Source: Alphaproteobacteria bacterium (GTDB lineage Bacteria > Pseudomonadota > Alphaproteobacteria > MPNO01 > UBA830). Taken from it: DNA of 64,000 bases. Made by a program: the position numbers and the translations under genes. Below are positions 55,414 to 63,912 of the stretch, piece after piece; within the stretch, counting starts at the first letter, position 1, and every line of letters begins with the position of its first letter. Where the stretch lies: NCBI GenBank assembly GCA_022822405.1, contig JAJEBT010000092.1, positions 8,164 to 72,163 on the forward strand, in the 5' to 3' direction. The notes beneath the pieces were generated by a model. It saw only the letters and a list, made by a program, of their open reading frames with translations, was not told where the DNA came from and ran no database searches.

Positions 55414-55914
55414 TCAGTCCCCGGACCGGTTCCGCACCGCCGACAGGTCCCCGATCAGGCGCACGAGCAGGACGATGAGGAACATGCCTATGCCGACGCA
55501 CATGACGATTGCGGTGGGCCAGAACGGCAATTCCCAGATCTGGGTGTATTCCTGTTCCTCGACGATCTCGCCGGTCTTGATCAGAAGCCTCCATGCGAGG
55601 AAACCGGTGACGACCACTGCGAGCAGGGAATTGACGATCTCCGACAGGCGGCGCGCCGGGCGCGGAAACAGCGTCTGGAAGGTTTCGACGACGATGTGCC
55701 GGCGATGGATTTCCGTGAGTGCGAGACCGCAGAACACGAGGATGCCCATCATCAGTTCGACGCTTTCGACGGTGCCGACGAGTGCGCGCCCGAAGAACGT
55801 CCTGCCTATGACGTCGAGGAACGTCATGACCATGATGGCGGCAAGCGCAAGGGAGGCGAAGCGGGCGAGCCACAGGGCGGCCCGCCCGATCGCCCCGCTC
55901 ATCGCCGGGAACAT
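55414..55914 (-). CDS. dctQ: TRAP transporter small permease
   Basis: 166 aa with four TM helices. FLDVIGRTFFGRAL is a DctQ-type motif. It lies between dctP and dctM. Confidence 0.8.
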   Translation of the reverse strand: MFPAMSGAIGRAALWLARFASLALAAIMVMTFLDVIGRTFFGRALVGTVESVELMMGILVFCGLALTEIHRRHIVVETFQTLFPRPARRLSEIVNSLLAVVVTGFLAWRLLIKTGEIVEEQEYTQIWELPFWPTAIVMCVGIGMFLIVLLVRLIGDLSAVRNRSGD

Positions 55915-55929
55915 GGCTGCCGCCGGGTA

Positions 55930-56943
55930 TCAGAGACCGGCGACGATCTTGCGGTAGTCCGCCAGCAGCGCCTTGCCGTCCAGGCCCGCCTTGTCGGCTT
56001 TTTCGATCCAGGCATCCGTTATCGGCTGCACCATCTGCTTCAGCTTGGCGGTTTCCGCATCGCTGAGCACCGTGATCGTGTTGCCGTTGGCCTTGGCGGC
56101 GTCGCGTCCCGATTTTTCGGCAGCATCCCATTTCCTGGAGATGAAGCGCGATCCCCATTCTCCACTGACCTTGTCGACTGCGGCTTTCTGGCCGGCGGAG
56201 AGCTTTGCCCATGTCTTGGGGCTCATCGTGAGAAAGAAGATGCCTGCATAGGTGCCGCCGGGAATCTTCAGGTGATGCGACGTCACGCCGGCAAGGCGGA
56301 AGCCCTTGACCGACTCCCACGGGAACTGCGACGCGTCGAGCGTGCCCTTGGCCAGCGCCTCGTTGGTGGCTCCTGGCGGCATGAAGACCGGGACGGCGCC
56401 GACAATCTTGGCGATCTTTACTCCGTTGCCGCCGGTCCGGATTTTCATGTTTTTGAAGTCCGCGAGCTTGGTCAGCGGCTTGGCGCTGTGATAGAGATGC
56501 GGTGCATGTGCGAACAGGGCAAGAAGCTTGGTGTCGGCCGTGTCCTTCGCCATGAAGCCGTGCTTCTTGTACCACTGCCAGGCGGCCACTCCGGCAGCCT
56601 CCGCGGTCGGCGCCGCGAACGGCGTCTCGACTGCCATCAGCTTCCAGAACCGCTTCGGATGGTATGCCGCAACACTCCAGGCGATGTCGACGATCCCTTT
56701 CTTGGCGAGATCGTATTGCCCGTCAGGCTTGGCGAGCGGAGCGGTCATCACTTCCACCTTGATTTCACCGCCCGAGGCTTTCTCGAGTTCGCTGGCCCAT
56801 GCGCCGAGCGTGGCCGACATGTGGTGAACCGGAGGCAGCCAGTTGGCCAGCCTCAATTTGGTGGCCGCCCGGCCGTCCTCTGCGGTCAGCAGCATCGCGG
56901 CAGCCATGAGGCCGGCGACAAGCATGCAGCATCTCTTCATCAA
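55930..56943 (-). CDS. dctP: TRAP transporter substrate-binding protein (DctP family)
   Basis: A signal peptide is present, then KLRLANWLPPVHH, a DctP-type fold and the expected length. Confidence 0.9.
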   Translation of the reverse strand: MMKRCCMLVAGLMAAAMLLTAEDGRAATKLRLANWLPPVHHMSATLGAWASELEKASGGEIKVEVMTAPLAKPDGQYDLAKKGIVDIAWSVAAYHPKRFWKLMAVETPFAAPTAEAAGVAAWQWYKKHGFMAKDTADTKLLALFAHAPHLYHSAKPLTKLADFKNMKIRTGGNGVKIAKIVGAVPVFMPPGATNEALAKGTLDASQFPWESVKGFRLAGVTSHHLKIPGGTYAGIFFLTMSPKTWAKLSAGQKAAVDKVSGEWGSRFISRKWDAAEKSGRDAAKANGNTITVLSDAETAKLKQMVQPITDAWIEKADKAGLDGKALLADYRKIVAGL

Positions 56944-57202
56944 TCTCTCCCTGGTTCTCGCGGCTGCAGTCCGGAACTCTCGCCGTCACCGGCGGGCCGG
57001 TATTGTGTCTTTGCAGCCGCAGGGTTGTCCGTACAGATTTCATGCTAGGTGAGAACGGTGCCAGCTGTCAATTTTTCCGGATCCGGGTTGTTGGCTGGCC
57101 GGTAATCCACAACCCCCTGTGGACAAGTATGCTCGGATGCCGACGGCTCCGTCCGGCCGAGCGAAATGTCGACAACGGCGGCCGGCGGACGATGCGCTCC
57201 GG

Positions 57203-57751
57203 TCAGAGCAGCAGAAAGGCGCCGCCAAACAGGCCAAGTGGCCAGTGGCCTGCCATGAAATGCCGGAGCTTGATGCGGAAGGGGTGGGTATCGGCTGTCC
57301 CGGCAAGGACCGCCAGCGAGGCCTGGTGAACTGCTTCCCCGGCAGCACCGGCAGCGCTTGCGGCAAGGCCCGGATCGGAGACAGCAGCGTGCGTCAACGA
57401 GGCGGTCGCATCGGTGAGCGCCCGGTCGCCGGCGGCGAGGAGGATCGCGGACAACCGCCGTGCGACGGAGCGTTCGGCAAGGACGGCGGCGATGCGCGCC
57501 GTCAGGGCCCGCTGCTCTGCCTGTTCGGCCGTCCACCAGGATCGGTTCCAGGCCTCGCGCCGAAGAGCGGCGCCCGCGGCCTTCCACTCCTCGACGGTTT
57601 CCACACGGCCGGCCGGTTGTCCGAGACCCTCGAGATAGAGCCCGATTTCCCGGATCGTGGCCGGAGGGGCGCCGGAGCCTGTGGCAGAGAACCAGCTGGC
57701 GCCGCCGAGATCCTCCTCGAAACGGGCAAGTATCAGGTCGGGACGGGACAT
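57203..57751 (-). CDS. Hypothetical protein (182 aa, Ala-rich, hydrophobic C-terminus)
   Basis: The start lies 12 nt after the stop of the diiron protein gene and in the same orientation. I recognise no motif. Confidence 0.5.
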   Translation of the reverse strand: MSRPDLILARFEEDLGGASWFSATGSGAPPATIREIGLYLEGLGQPAGRVETVEEWKAAGAALRREAWNRSWWTAEQAEQRALTARIAAVLAERSVARRLSAILLAAGDRALTDATASLTHAAVSDPGLAASAAGAAGEAVHQASLAVLAGTADTHPFRIKLRHFMAGHWPLGLFGGAFLLL

Positions 57752-57763
57752 GCGCGGGCGGTG

Positions 57764-58477
57764 TTAGCCGGCGATGGCGGGAAGCCGCAGCCCGAGCCGA
57801 TGCTCGACGAGTTCGCGCACGCGGCTCATGTAGTCGTCGCGCATCTCGTCATTGGTCCGCATCTTGATGCTCCACTTGCGGTAGATCTGGTTGTTGACGG
57901 ATCCGGATCGACCGAAAAAGGCAGGCATCGCGGGAAACATCCGGTCGAGGGCTTCCTGGACGGCTTGGCGGCCATCCTCGGTCTCGATGAGGTCCGAGCA
58001 GAAATCCTCGCCGAACTGCGAGTGGAAGCGCTCTTCGGGCATGGTCATGCGCGCCAGGTTTCGCAGCGGGTGGAACGAGCAGTGAAGCAGATCCTCGACC
58101 TGCAGGATTTCGGCAAGATCGCCGATCGCCTTGATGACGCAGAACTCGGGCCAGCTGTCGAGATCGTATTCGAAGATGCTTAGCGGGCGCTTGGCGCTGG
58201 TCTGAGGGATCATGTCCTCTTCCGCGATCCCGATCTCCCGGCCGAGCTCGAAGAACCGCACATGGTGGCCGTATTCCTCCATTGCAATTCGGCATGTGAG
58301 CCATTTGGCGTACGGGGTCGGCGCAAGGGCGATTGCGGGCTCGTCGAAGACCTGGGATCCATAGAGCTCGTTGATGGCGTGGCTGAGCACAATCTTCCGG
58401 ATGGCCGTCTGGTACTCCTCGGGCTGCTCGCGGAATTCCTCCGCGGTTCTGACTTCCGGCTTGCTTTCCTCGTTCAT
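57764..58477 (-). CDS. Ferritin-like diiron protein of the phenylacetate-CoA oxygenase PaaA/PaaC family, stand-alone
   Basis: Diiron ligand set: AINE, MEEYGHH (ExxH), GDLAE, PEERFH (ExxH). The length is 237 aa. Confidence 0.7.
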   Translation of the reverse strand: MNEESKPEVRTAEEFREQPEEYQTAIRKIVLSHAINELYGSQVFDEPAIALAPTPYAKWLTCRIAMEEYGHHVRFFELGREIGIAEEDMIPQTSAKRPLSIFEYDLDSWPEFCVIKAIGDLAEILQVEDLLHCSFHPLRNLARMTMPEERFHSQFGEDFCSDLIETEDGRQAVQEALDRMFPAMPAFFGRSGSVNNQIYRKWSIKMRTNDEMRDDYMSRVRELVEHRLGLRLPAIAG

Positions 58478-58486
58478 GGACTCTTC

Positions 58487-59428
58487 CTATACGTCCGGTT
58501 CGGTATTGAACCGTTCGAGATCGGTGGCAAGGTCGGCAAAATGACCGCGGAACCGCGCATTGACGATCTCGGTCAGGCCATCATGCGACCAGCGGCTGTC
58601 CGCGCATACCGTCGTGTGCTTGGCGTCCGCCTGCGAAAACAGCATGAGTTCCCGTCCGCGCACACCGAAGAGCTGGCCGGTGACGTCGCGGGCGTCCTCC
58701 GAACAGAGCCAACCCACGAAATCCGCGACATGGTTGGCGGGAACCTTCATCGCGCGCGCCTTGTAGCGTTCCTGGGCCTCATTGGCCGGCACGATCATTT
58801 CGGTGACGCGGGTGCGGGCGAAGGGAGCCACGGCGTTCGACGTGACGCCGGACCGCGCCATGTCGAGGGCGGCGATGCGCGTGAGCGACAGCAGCCCGCC
58901 CTTGGCGGCGGCATAGGGCGCTTGCCCGTAATTGCCCACGAATCCCGCGGTCGAGACGATATTGACGATCCTGCCCCAGTGACCCCCGCCGCGGCCGGCT
59001 CGCGCCTGTTCGCGCATGACCGGAGTGGCGGCGGCAAGCAGGTGATAGGGGCCGGAGAGATTGTTGCGGATCACGGCCTCCCAGTCGGCTCCACTGCCCT
59101 TGAAGATGAAGGCGTCGCGAAGAATCGCTGCGTTGTTGACGACAATGTCGAGGCCGCCGAACCGCTCCATGGCGAGCTCGACGACGGCCGCGGCTGCGGC
59201 CGGAACGGACATGTCTTCTGCATGGGCTACGGCGCGCTCCCCGAGACCCGCCGCAAACGTCGGTGCGACGGCCGGATCAGCATCGTTGCCGGAGATGTTG
59301 ACGCCGCTGTCGGCGATCACCACCGCCGCGCCGTCCGAGACCAGTCTCGTGCTGATCGCTGCGCCGATGCCGCGGGCGCCGCCGGTGACGACGGCAACCC
59401 GGCCTTCGAGCCGCGGGCCAGAGTTCAT
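58487..59428 (-). CDS. SDR family oxidoreductase with extended C-terminal region (multifunctional-enzyme-2 dehydrogenase-domain-like)
   Basis: TGGARGIG, NNAA and YAAAKGG (YxxxK) are present. A 313-aa protein with the GQLFGVRG tail typical of the MFE-2-like SDR subgroup. Confidence 0.85.
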   Translation of the reverse strand: MNSGPRLEGRVAVVTGGARGIGAAISTRLVSDGAAVVIADSGVNISGNDADPAVAPTFAAGLGERAVAHAEDMSVPAAAAAVVELAMERFGGLDIVVNNAAILRDAFIFKGSGADWEAVIRNNLSGPYHLLAAATPVMREQARAGRGGGHWGRIVNIVSTAGFVGNYGQAPYAAAKGGLLSLTRIAALDMARSGVTSNAVAPFARTRVTEMIVPANEAQERYKARAMKVPANHVADFVGWLCSEDARDVTGQLFGVRGRELMLFSQADAKHTTVCADSRWSHDGLTEIVNARFRGHFADLATDLERFNTEPDV

Positions 59429-59537
59429 GGCGAGTTATCCCGCAAGAGGCACTTTCCGATGCCCGCGAGCATCGGTCTTACTCCGCAATATCGGGCCATG
59501 GCAATACGCCCGACCGGCGCGTCGGTTCGGGAAGGCC

Positions 59538-60401
59538 TCAAGGCGCCGCGCGTTCGGGCCTTGTGCCCTTGCAGGTCGTGCGCCGAAGCAAGCGCCGTTC
59601 GTTGGCGCCGAAATCGGTCCGCGCGTGATTGGTGCAGCGGTTGTCCCACATCACGAGATCGCCCGGCGTCCACACGTGGCGGTAGACGTTTTCGGCACGT
59701 TCAGAGTGATCAAACAGGCGAAAGAGGAGGTCCCGTCCCCGGTCCTCGCCGAGCCCGATGAGGCGCCGCGTCAGCATGCGGCTGACATAAAGCACGGTCC
59801 TCGACGATTCCTCGTGGCGGATGAGCGCCGGGTGGCGGGCGGAACCGCTGTGACCGGTGACCCGCAGCGCGATCTTCATCTCCTCGGTCACGTCCGGTCC
59901 GGCGTAGAAGCCGTGTTCGGCATCGATGTCCGCCAGCAGTTCCTTCAGATCGTCGGGAAGCGTTTCGTATGCCGCGTACATGTTGGCGAACAGCGTGTCG
60001 CCGCCAGTCTTCGGGACCTCGATGGCGTAGAGGAAAGTATAGCGATACGGAACCGCCTCGTAGGAGCCGTCGGTGTGAAAGAACATCTCGCCGTCGGGGA
60101 TGGAGCCGATGACCTCGCCGTTCTCGCGGATGTTGGAGACCAGCATCACGGACTTGTGAAGTTGATCGTCCGCCTTTGTGCCGCGGGAATGTACGCCCCT
60201 GTCGGGCAGGTCGCCGAAACGCAGCGTGAATTCAACCTGCTCCTCGTCGGTCAGATCCTGATCCGGGAACACGAGGACAAGATGTTCCAGCATCGCGGAG
60301 TGAATGATCCCGAAAGCGTCGTCGCCGAGCGGCTTCGAGAGGTCGATGCCTGTGATCGAGGCGCCAAGCGCATCTGAAATAGGGGTTACGGCAATCGTCA
60401 T
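59538..60401 (-). CDS. TauD/TfdA family Fe(II)/2-oxoglutarate dioxygenase
   Basis: FHTDGSY (HxD), WDNRCTNHAR (distal His/Arg) and N-terminal ITGIDLS are present. ATG 60401 was chosen. The longer ORF call adds an Arg/Pro-rich extension. Confidence 0.9.
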   Translation of the reverse strand: MTIAVTPISDALGASITGIDLSKPLGDDAFGIIHSAMLEHLVLVFPDQDLTDEEQVEFTLRFGDLPDRGVHSRGTKADDQLHKSVMLVSNIRENGEVIGSIPDGEMFFHTDGSYEAVPYRYTFLYAIEVPKTGGDTLFANMYAAYETLPDDLKELLADIDAEHGFYAGPDVTEEMKIALRVTGHSGSARHPALIRHEESSRTVLYVSRMLTRRLIGLGEDRGRDLLFRLFDHSERAENVYRHVWTPGDLVMWDNRCTNHARTDFGANERRLLRRTTCKGTRPERAAP

Positions 60402-60664
60402 GTCGCGATCCGGTGGATGTGGATGGCAGGGTAGGGGATGCGGCCGCCGCCGTCCAGTTTTCGGATGCTGGCCGGCGCGGGCTGCACGGGTCGAAGACAG
60501 CGGCGCGATGTGGCGACCGTGGAGAGAACGGGACGTTTCCGTTATAAGAGTCTGATTCAGCGCGACGATGCGATCAGGTGGCGGATCGAGCGCATCATCG
60601 CGGAGCAGGGTCGGCATTGTTCGGCGGAGCGGCTGGAAGCGCGCCGCCGGATATGTCCGCGTGA

Positions 60665-62353
60665 ATGGATCGGAGAGAGCCGGTGGGCGTGGCCCGGCGA
60701 CCGTTTCCAGGAGGCGCCGGACCGTTGGGAGAGGATGACGCTTTGGGCGATTCGACTGCGAGAAAGCTCAAGTACTGGGGCTGGGGGTACGAGGGCGAAG
60801 GCCTCGACGTGGCCGAGACGAGGTCCCTGCTGACCACCTTCGCCGAGGGTTTCGGTATCGTGCCGAGCGACGACGGCAGAATGCCAGCGCTTGAGGAAAT
60901 CGAGCTCCCGGCGCCGCGTCTGGCATGGCCGGCGGCTTTGGCCGGTATCTGCACGAACGACAGGTATGAGCGCGTATTGCACGCGTTTGGCCAGTCGCAG
61001 CCCGATTCCATTCGTATCTGCATGGGCGATTTTACCCGTGCGCCCGATGTGGTCGCGTATCCGGAAAACGAGGCGGATATTGCCGCACTCTATGACTGGT
61101 GCGGGGATGCCGGGGCAGCCCTAGTTCCTTATGGCGGCGGCTCGTCGGTTGTGGGCGGCGTGACCGGCGATGTTGGTAACGGCTTCAACGGAACCGTGAC
61201 CGTCGATCTGGGGCGGATGAACAAAGTGCTTGAAATCGACGACGTGAGCCGCGCGGCGCGCATCCAGGGCGGGGCGCGCGGCCCGGAACTGGAAGCCCAG
61301 CTGAAGCCAAGCGGCCTGACCCTGCGCCATTTTCCGCAGAGTTTCGAGCATTCGACGCTGGGAGGCTGGATCGCGACGCGGTCCGGCGGCCATTTCGCCA
61401 CTCTCTACACCCATATCGACGATCTCGTCGAAAGCGTGACCATGGTGGCGCCCTCGGGAAAAATGACGTCGCGCCGGCTGCCCGGTTCCGGCGCTGGTCC
61501 CAGTCCCGACCGGTTCATGATCGGATCCGAGGGAGCGATGGGGATCATCACGGAGAGCTGGGTGCGGCTGCAGGGCAGGCCGGTCTTCAAGGCGACGGCC
61601 GGGTTTCGTTTCGCGGATTTCCTCTCTGCCGCCGCAGCCGTGAGGGCGGTCTCGCAGGCCGGGCTGTTTCCCGCCAACGTACGCATCGTCGATGGGGTCG
61701 AATTGCAGGTGAACGGGGCCGGCGACGGATCGTTCTCTCTCATGGTGGTGTCGTTCGAGAGTTCCGACCATCCGGTTGACGCATGGATGGCGCGTGCCGA
61801 GCAATGTTGCCTCGATCATGGTGGCGTCATCGACGTCGACTGGCGGGACAATCCTCGGGCCAACCTGGAGGGTGCGGTCGGCGCCTGGCGCACAGCCTTC
61901 ATCCGCATGCCGTACTGCCGCGAGGAACTTACGCCGCGCGGCATCATTTCCGACACCTTCGAGAGCGCGATCACATGGAACCGCTTCGAGGAGTTCTACC
62001 ATGCCATTCGCGAGGCAACGGGCGCAGCCATCCGAAAGGCGACAGGACGGGAGGGCGCGGTGTCGTGCCGGTTCAGCCATGCCTATCCGGACGGACCGGC
62101 GCCGTATTTCGCGTTCCACGGGCAGGGGCGAAAGGACGGTCTTCTCGAACAGTGGAAGGAGATCAAGAATGCCGCCTCCGACGCGGTCATCAGCGAGGGT
62201 GGCACCATCACTCATCACCATGCTGTGGGGCGTGATCACCAGAAATGGTATGAACGGCAACGTCCTGAAATTTTTGGAAAAGTACTGGCTGAGGCCAAGG
62301 GTTGTCTGGACCCGAAGGGAATTCTCAACCCCGGCGTGATCGTGAGCAGCTAA
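60665..62353 (+). CDS. FAD-linked oxidase resembling alkyldihydroxyacetonephosphate synthase (AGPS-like)
   Basis: N-terminal LKYWGWGYEGEG resembles the AGPS KWNGWGY motif. The FAD-PCMH block is LVPYGGGSSVVGG. The C-terminus is HHHAVGRDH...LDPKGILNPG. Confidence 0.8.
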   Translation: MDRREPVGVARRPFPGGAGPLGEDDALGDSTARKLKYWGWGYEGEGLDVAETRSLLTTFAEGFGIVPSDDGRMPALEEIELPAPRLAWPAALAGICTNDRYERVLHAFGQSQPDSIRICMGDFTRAPDVVAYPENEADIAALYDWCGDAGAALVPYGGGSSVVGGVTGDVGNGFNGTVTVDLGRMNKVLEIDDVSRAARIQGGARGPELEAQLKPSGLTLRHFPQSFEHSTLGGWIATRSGGHFATLYTHIDDLVESVTMVAPSGKMTSRRLPGSGAGPSPDRFMIGSEGAMGIITESWVRLQGRPVFKATAGFRFADFLSAAAAVRAVSQAGLFPANVRIVDGVELQVNGAGDGSFSLMVVSFESSDHPVDAWMARAEQCCLDHGGVIDVDWRDNPRANLEGAVGAWRTAFIRMPYCREELTPRGIISDTFESAITWNRFEEFYHAIREATGAAIRKATGREGAVSCRFSHAYPDGPAPYFAFHGQGRKDGLLEQWKEIKNAASDAVISEGGTITHHHAVGRDHQKWYERQRPEIFGKVLAEAKGCLDPKGILNPGVIVSS

Positions 62354-62561
62354 GAACCGGTCACATGTAGCTTCACCCCGGTCTCAGGGTGCCGAAAGTT
62401 CTAGGTTCATCGCATGATCATGCGGTGTCGCATGGGGATTCCCTCGGCGATATTGCCAGCCCTTCCCCGTGCTGCTCGGACAGTTTCCGACGTGCTATCT
62501 CGGGAAGTATCAAAGTGGAGATCCCGCCCCTGAATTCGCTAGGCAGGTAGTGTGCCAGCGC

Positions 62562-63032
62562 CTACGAGATCTCCGGCGCCATGAGCGTGGCTTCGCCCTC
62601 CAGCACGACCTTGTCGTCCACGGAGCAGATGGTGTGGAAGACGGCGAATTTCCGCTCCGGAAGAAGTTCGGTTACCTCGACCCGGGCGGTCACGGTGTCG
62701 CCGATATAGACCGGCGCACGGAACTTGAGCAATTGATTGACATAGGGCCAGCCTGGGCCGGGAAGGGTGCCTGCGAACGTGGCCGATATCAGTCCCGCGG
62801 TCAGAATGCCGTGGGTGATCCGTTTCTCAAATCTCGTGGTGCTGGCGAAATCGTCGTCGAGATGGAGCGGATTGCAGTCACCGGATGCGGTCGCGAACGC
62901 GCGTACGTCTTCATCGGTCAGCGTCTTGGTGAAGGTGTCCGTCATTCCGACCTCAAGGTCGCTGAAGCCGCGGAGTGTTGGCATGTTCGGGTTTCCCATT
63001 GCTTTGTGGAGGGGGCTGGTTGAGTGGGTCAT
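62562..63032 (-). CDS. MaoC-family (R)-specific enoyl-CoA hydratase (PhaJ-like)
   Basis: The hot-dog fold motif is ASGDCNPLHLDDDFA...RITHGIL. ATG 63032 forms an ATGA overlap with the phaR stop. Confidence 0.85.
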   Translation of the reverse strand: MTHSTSPLHKAMGNPNMPTLRGFSDLEVGMTDTFTKTLTDEDVRAFATASGDCNPLHLDDDFASTTRFEKRITHGILTAGLISATFAGTLPGPGWPYVNQLLKFRAPVYIGDTVTARVEVTELLPERKFAVFHTICSVDDKVVLEGEATLMAPEIS

Positions 63033-63640
63033 TTTGGCCCGGTGAGGGTGTCCAGACGCTGTTGCATCTCGGCCAGCTGCCTTTTCAGGTCTTCTATCTC
63101 CTCGTCCCTGGACGGCGACTGCCTATCCGCGGTGGGCGGCGGGCTGTTGCCATCCCGCCCGCGGCTTGCGGCCGGGGGTGTGAACATGTTCATTGATCTC
63201 TGGAAGATCTCGATGTTCCGACGGCCGATTTCAGCAAACTGCTCGACCGCTCCGCCGTCGCCGTCGCCGCCGAGCATGCGCTGCATCTGCTGGACGACCT
63301 GCTGCTGATTCGCGGTAAATGCGTCGACACTCTGCTCAAGATAGGCGCGGAACTGCGGGCCGAAGCCCGCGTCGTAGAGTTGCAACATCTGCCGGAGATA
63401 GTTGAGCGGCAGCATGTTGTGCCCCCGGTTTTCCTCTTCGGAAACGATCTGGGCGAGGATGGAGCAGGTGATGTCGCGACCCGATGTCGCGTCCTGCACC
63501 ACGAAGCTGATTCCCTGCTTGACCATGTCGTGGAGGTCTTCGAGGGTGACGAAGCTGGCAGTATCGGTGTTGTAGAGGCGCCGGTTGGCATATTTTCGGA
63601 TGACCGTCGCCTTTGCGCTCCCGGTTTCCTCGCTTGCCAA
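63029..63640 (-). CDS. phaR: Polyhydroxyalkanoate synthesis repressor PhaR
   Basis: IRKYANRRLYNTDTASFVTLEDL...GRDITCSILAQIV.EEE is the PhaR N-terminal DNA-binding signature. There is no in-frame ATG at the expected position. TTG 63640 has a GGAG SD 8 nt upstream and gives about 203 aa. Confidence 0.85.
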   Translation of the reverse strand: MASEETGSAKATVIRKYANRRLYNTDTASFVTLEDLHDMVKQGISFVVQDATSGRDITCSILAQIVSEEENRGHNMLPLNYLRQMLQLYDAGFGPQFRAYLEQSVDAFTANQQQVVQQMQRMLGGDGDGGAVEQFAEIGRRNIEIFQRSMNMFTPPAASRGRDGNSPPPTADRQSPSRDEEIEDLKRQLAEMQQRLDTLTGPK

Positions 63641-63726
63641 TTGAACTGCTCCATCTGTTATGGGAACCGTTGCCGGCGGGTCGCCCAAGGTTAATCCGCC
63701 CGGTTTTCGGTGTTGCAAAAAGATTA

Positions 63727-63844
63727 TGCAACGCAATGCATTCGATAGCAACTCCCTAAAATTTAGCAGAAAAATTTTTTGCATCGCAAAATATTCGGGT
63801 TGACAGGGAAGCCAGCGGCGCCTAGATATGTTTTTGCAACGCAA
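63727..63844. promoter_or_regulatory. Three copies of TGCA(A/T)CGCAA in the phaR-phasin intergenic region; candidate PhaR operators
   Basis: Copies lie at 63727-63736, 63780-63789 and 63835-63844, spaced 53 and 55 bp. The region is AT-rich. Confidence 0.5.
63800..63828 (+). promoter_or_regulatory. Sigma70-type promoter candidate for the phasin gene
   Basis: TTGACA (63800-63805), 17 nt spacer, TAGATA (63823-63828). The third TGCAACGCAA repeat lies just downstream of the -10. Confidence 0.5.
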
Positions 63845-63912
63845 AAATTTCCGGTCTTGCGGTCGGCAACGCCGGCCGGAAGCCGGGGCGAACACACTGG
63901 ATGGAGCGAAAG

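Noticed and set aside
56960-57020. A 9-bp inverted repeat GCGGCTGCA ... TGCAGCCGC separated by 43 nt, upstream of dctP.
   Set aside because: It is a single short GC-rich inverted repeat with a long loop. It may be an operator, but there is no second copy or supporting context.
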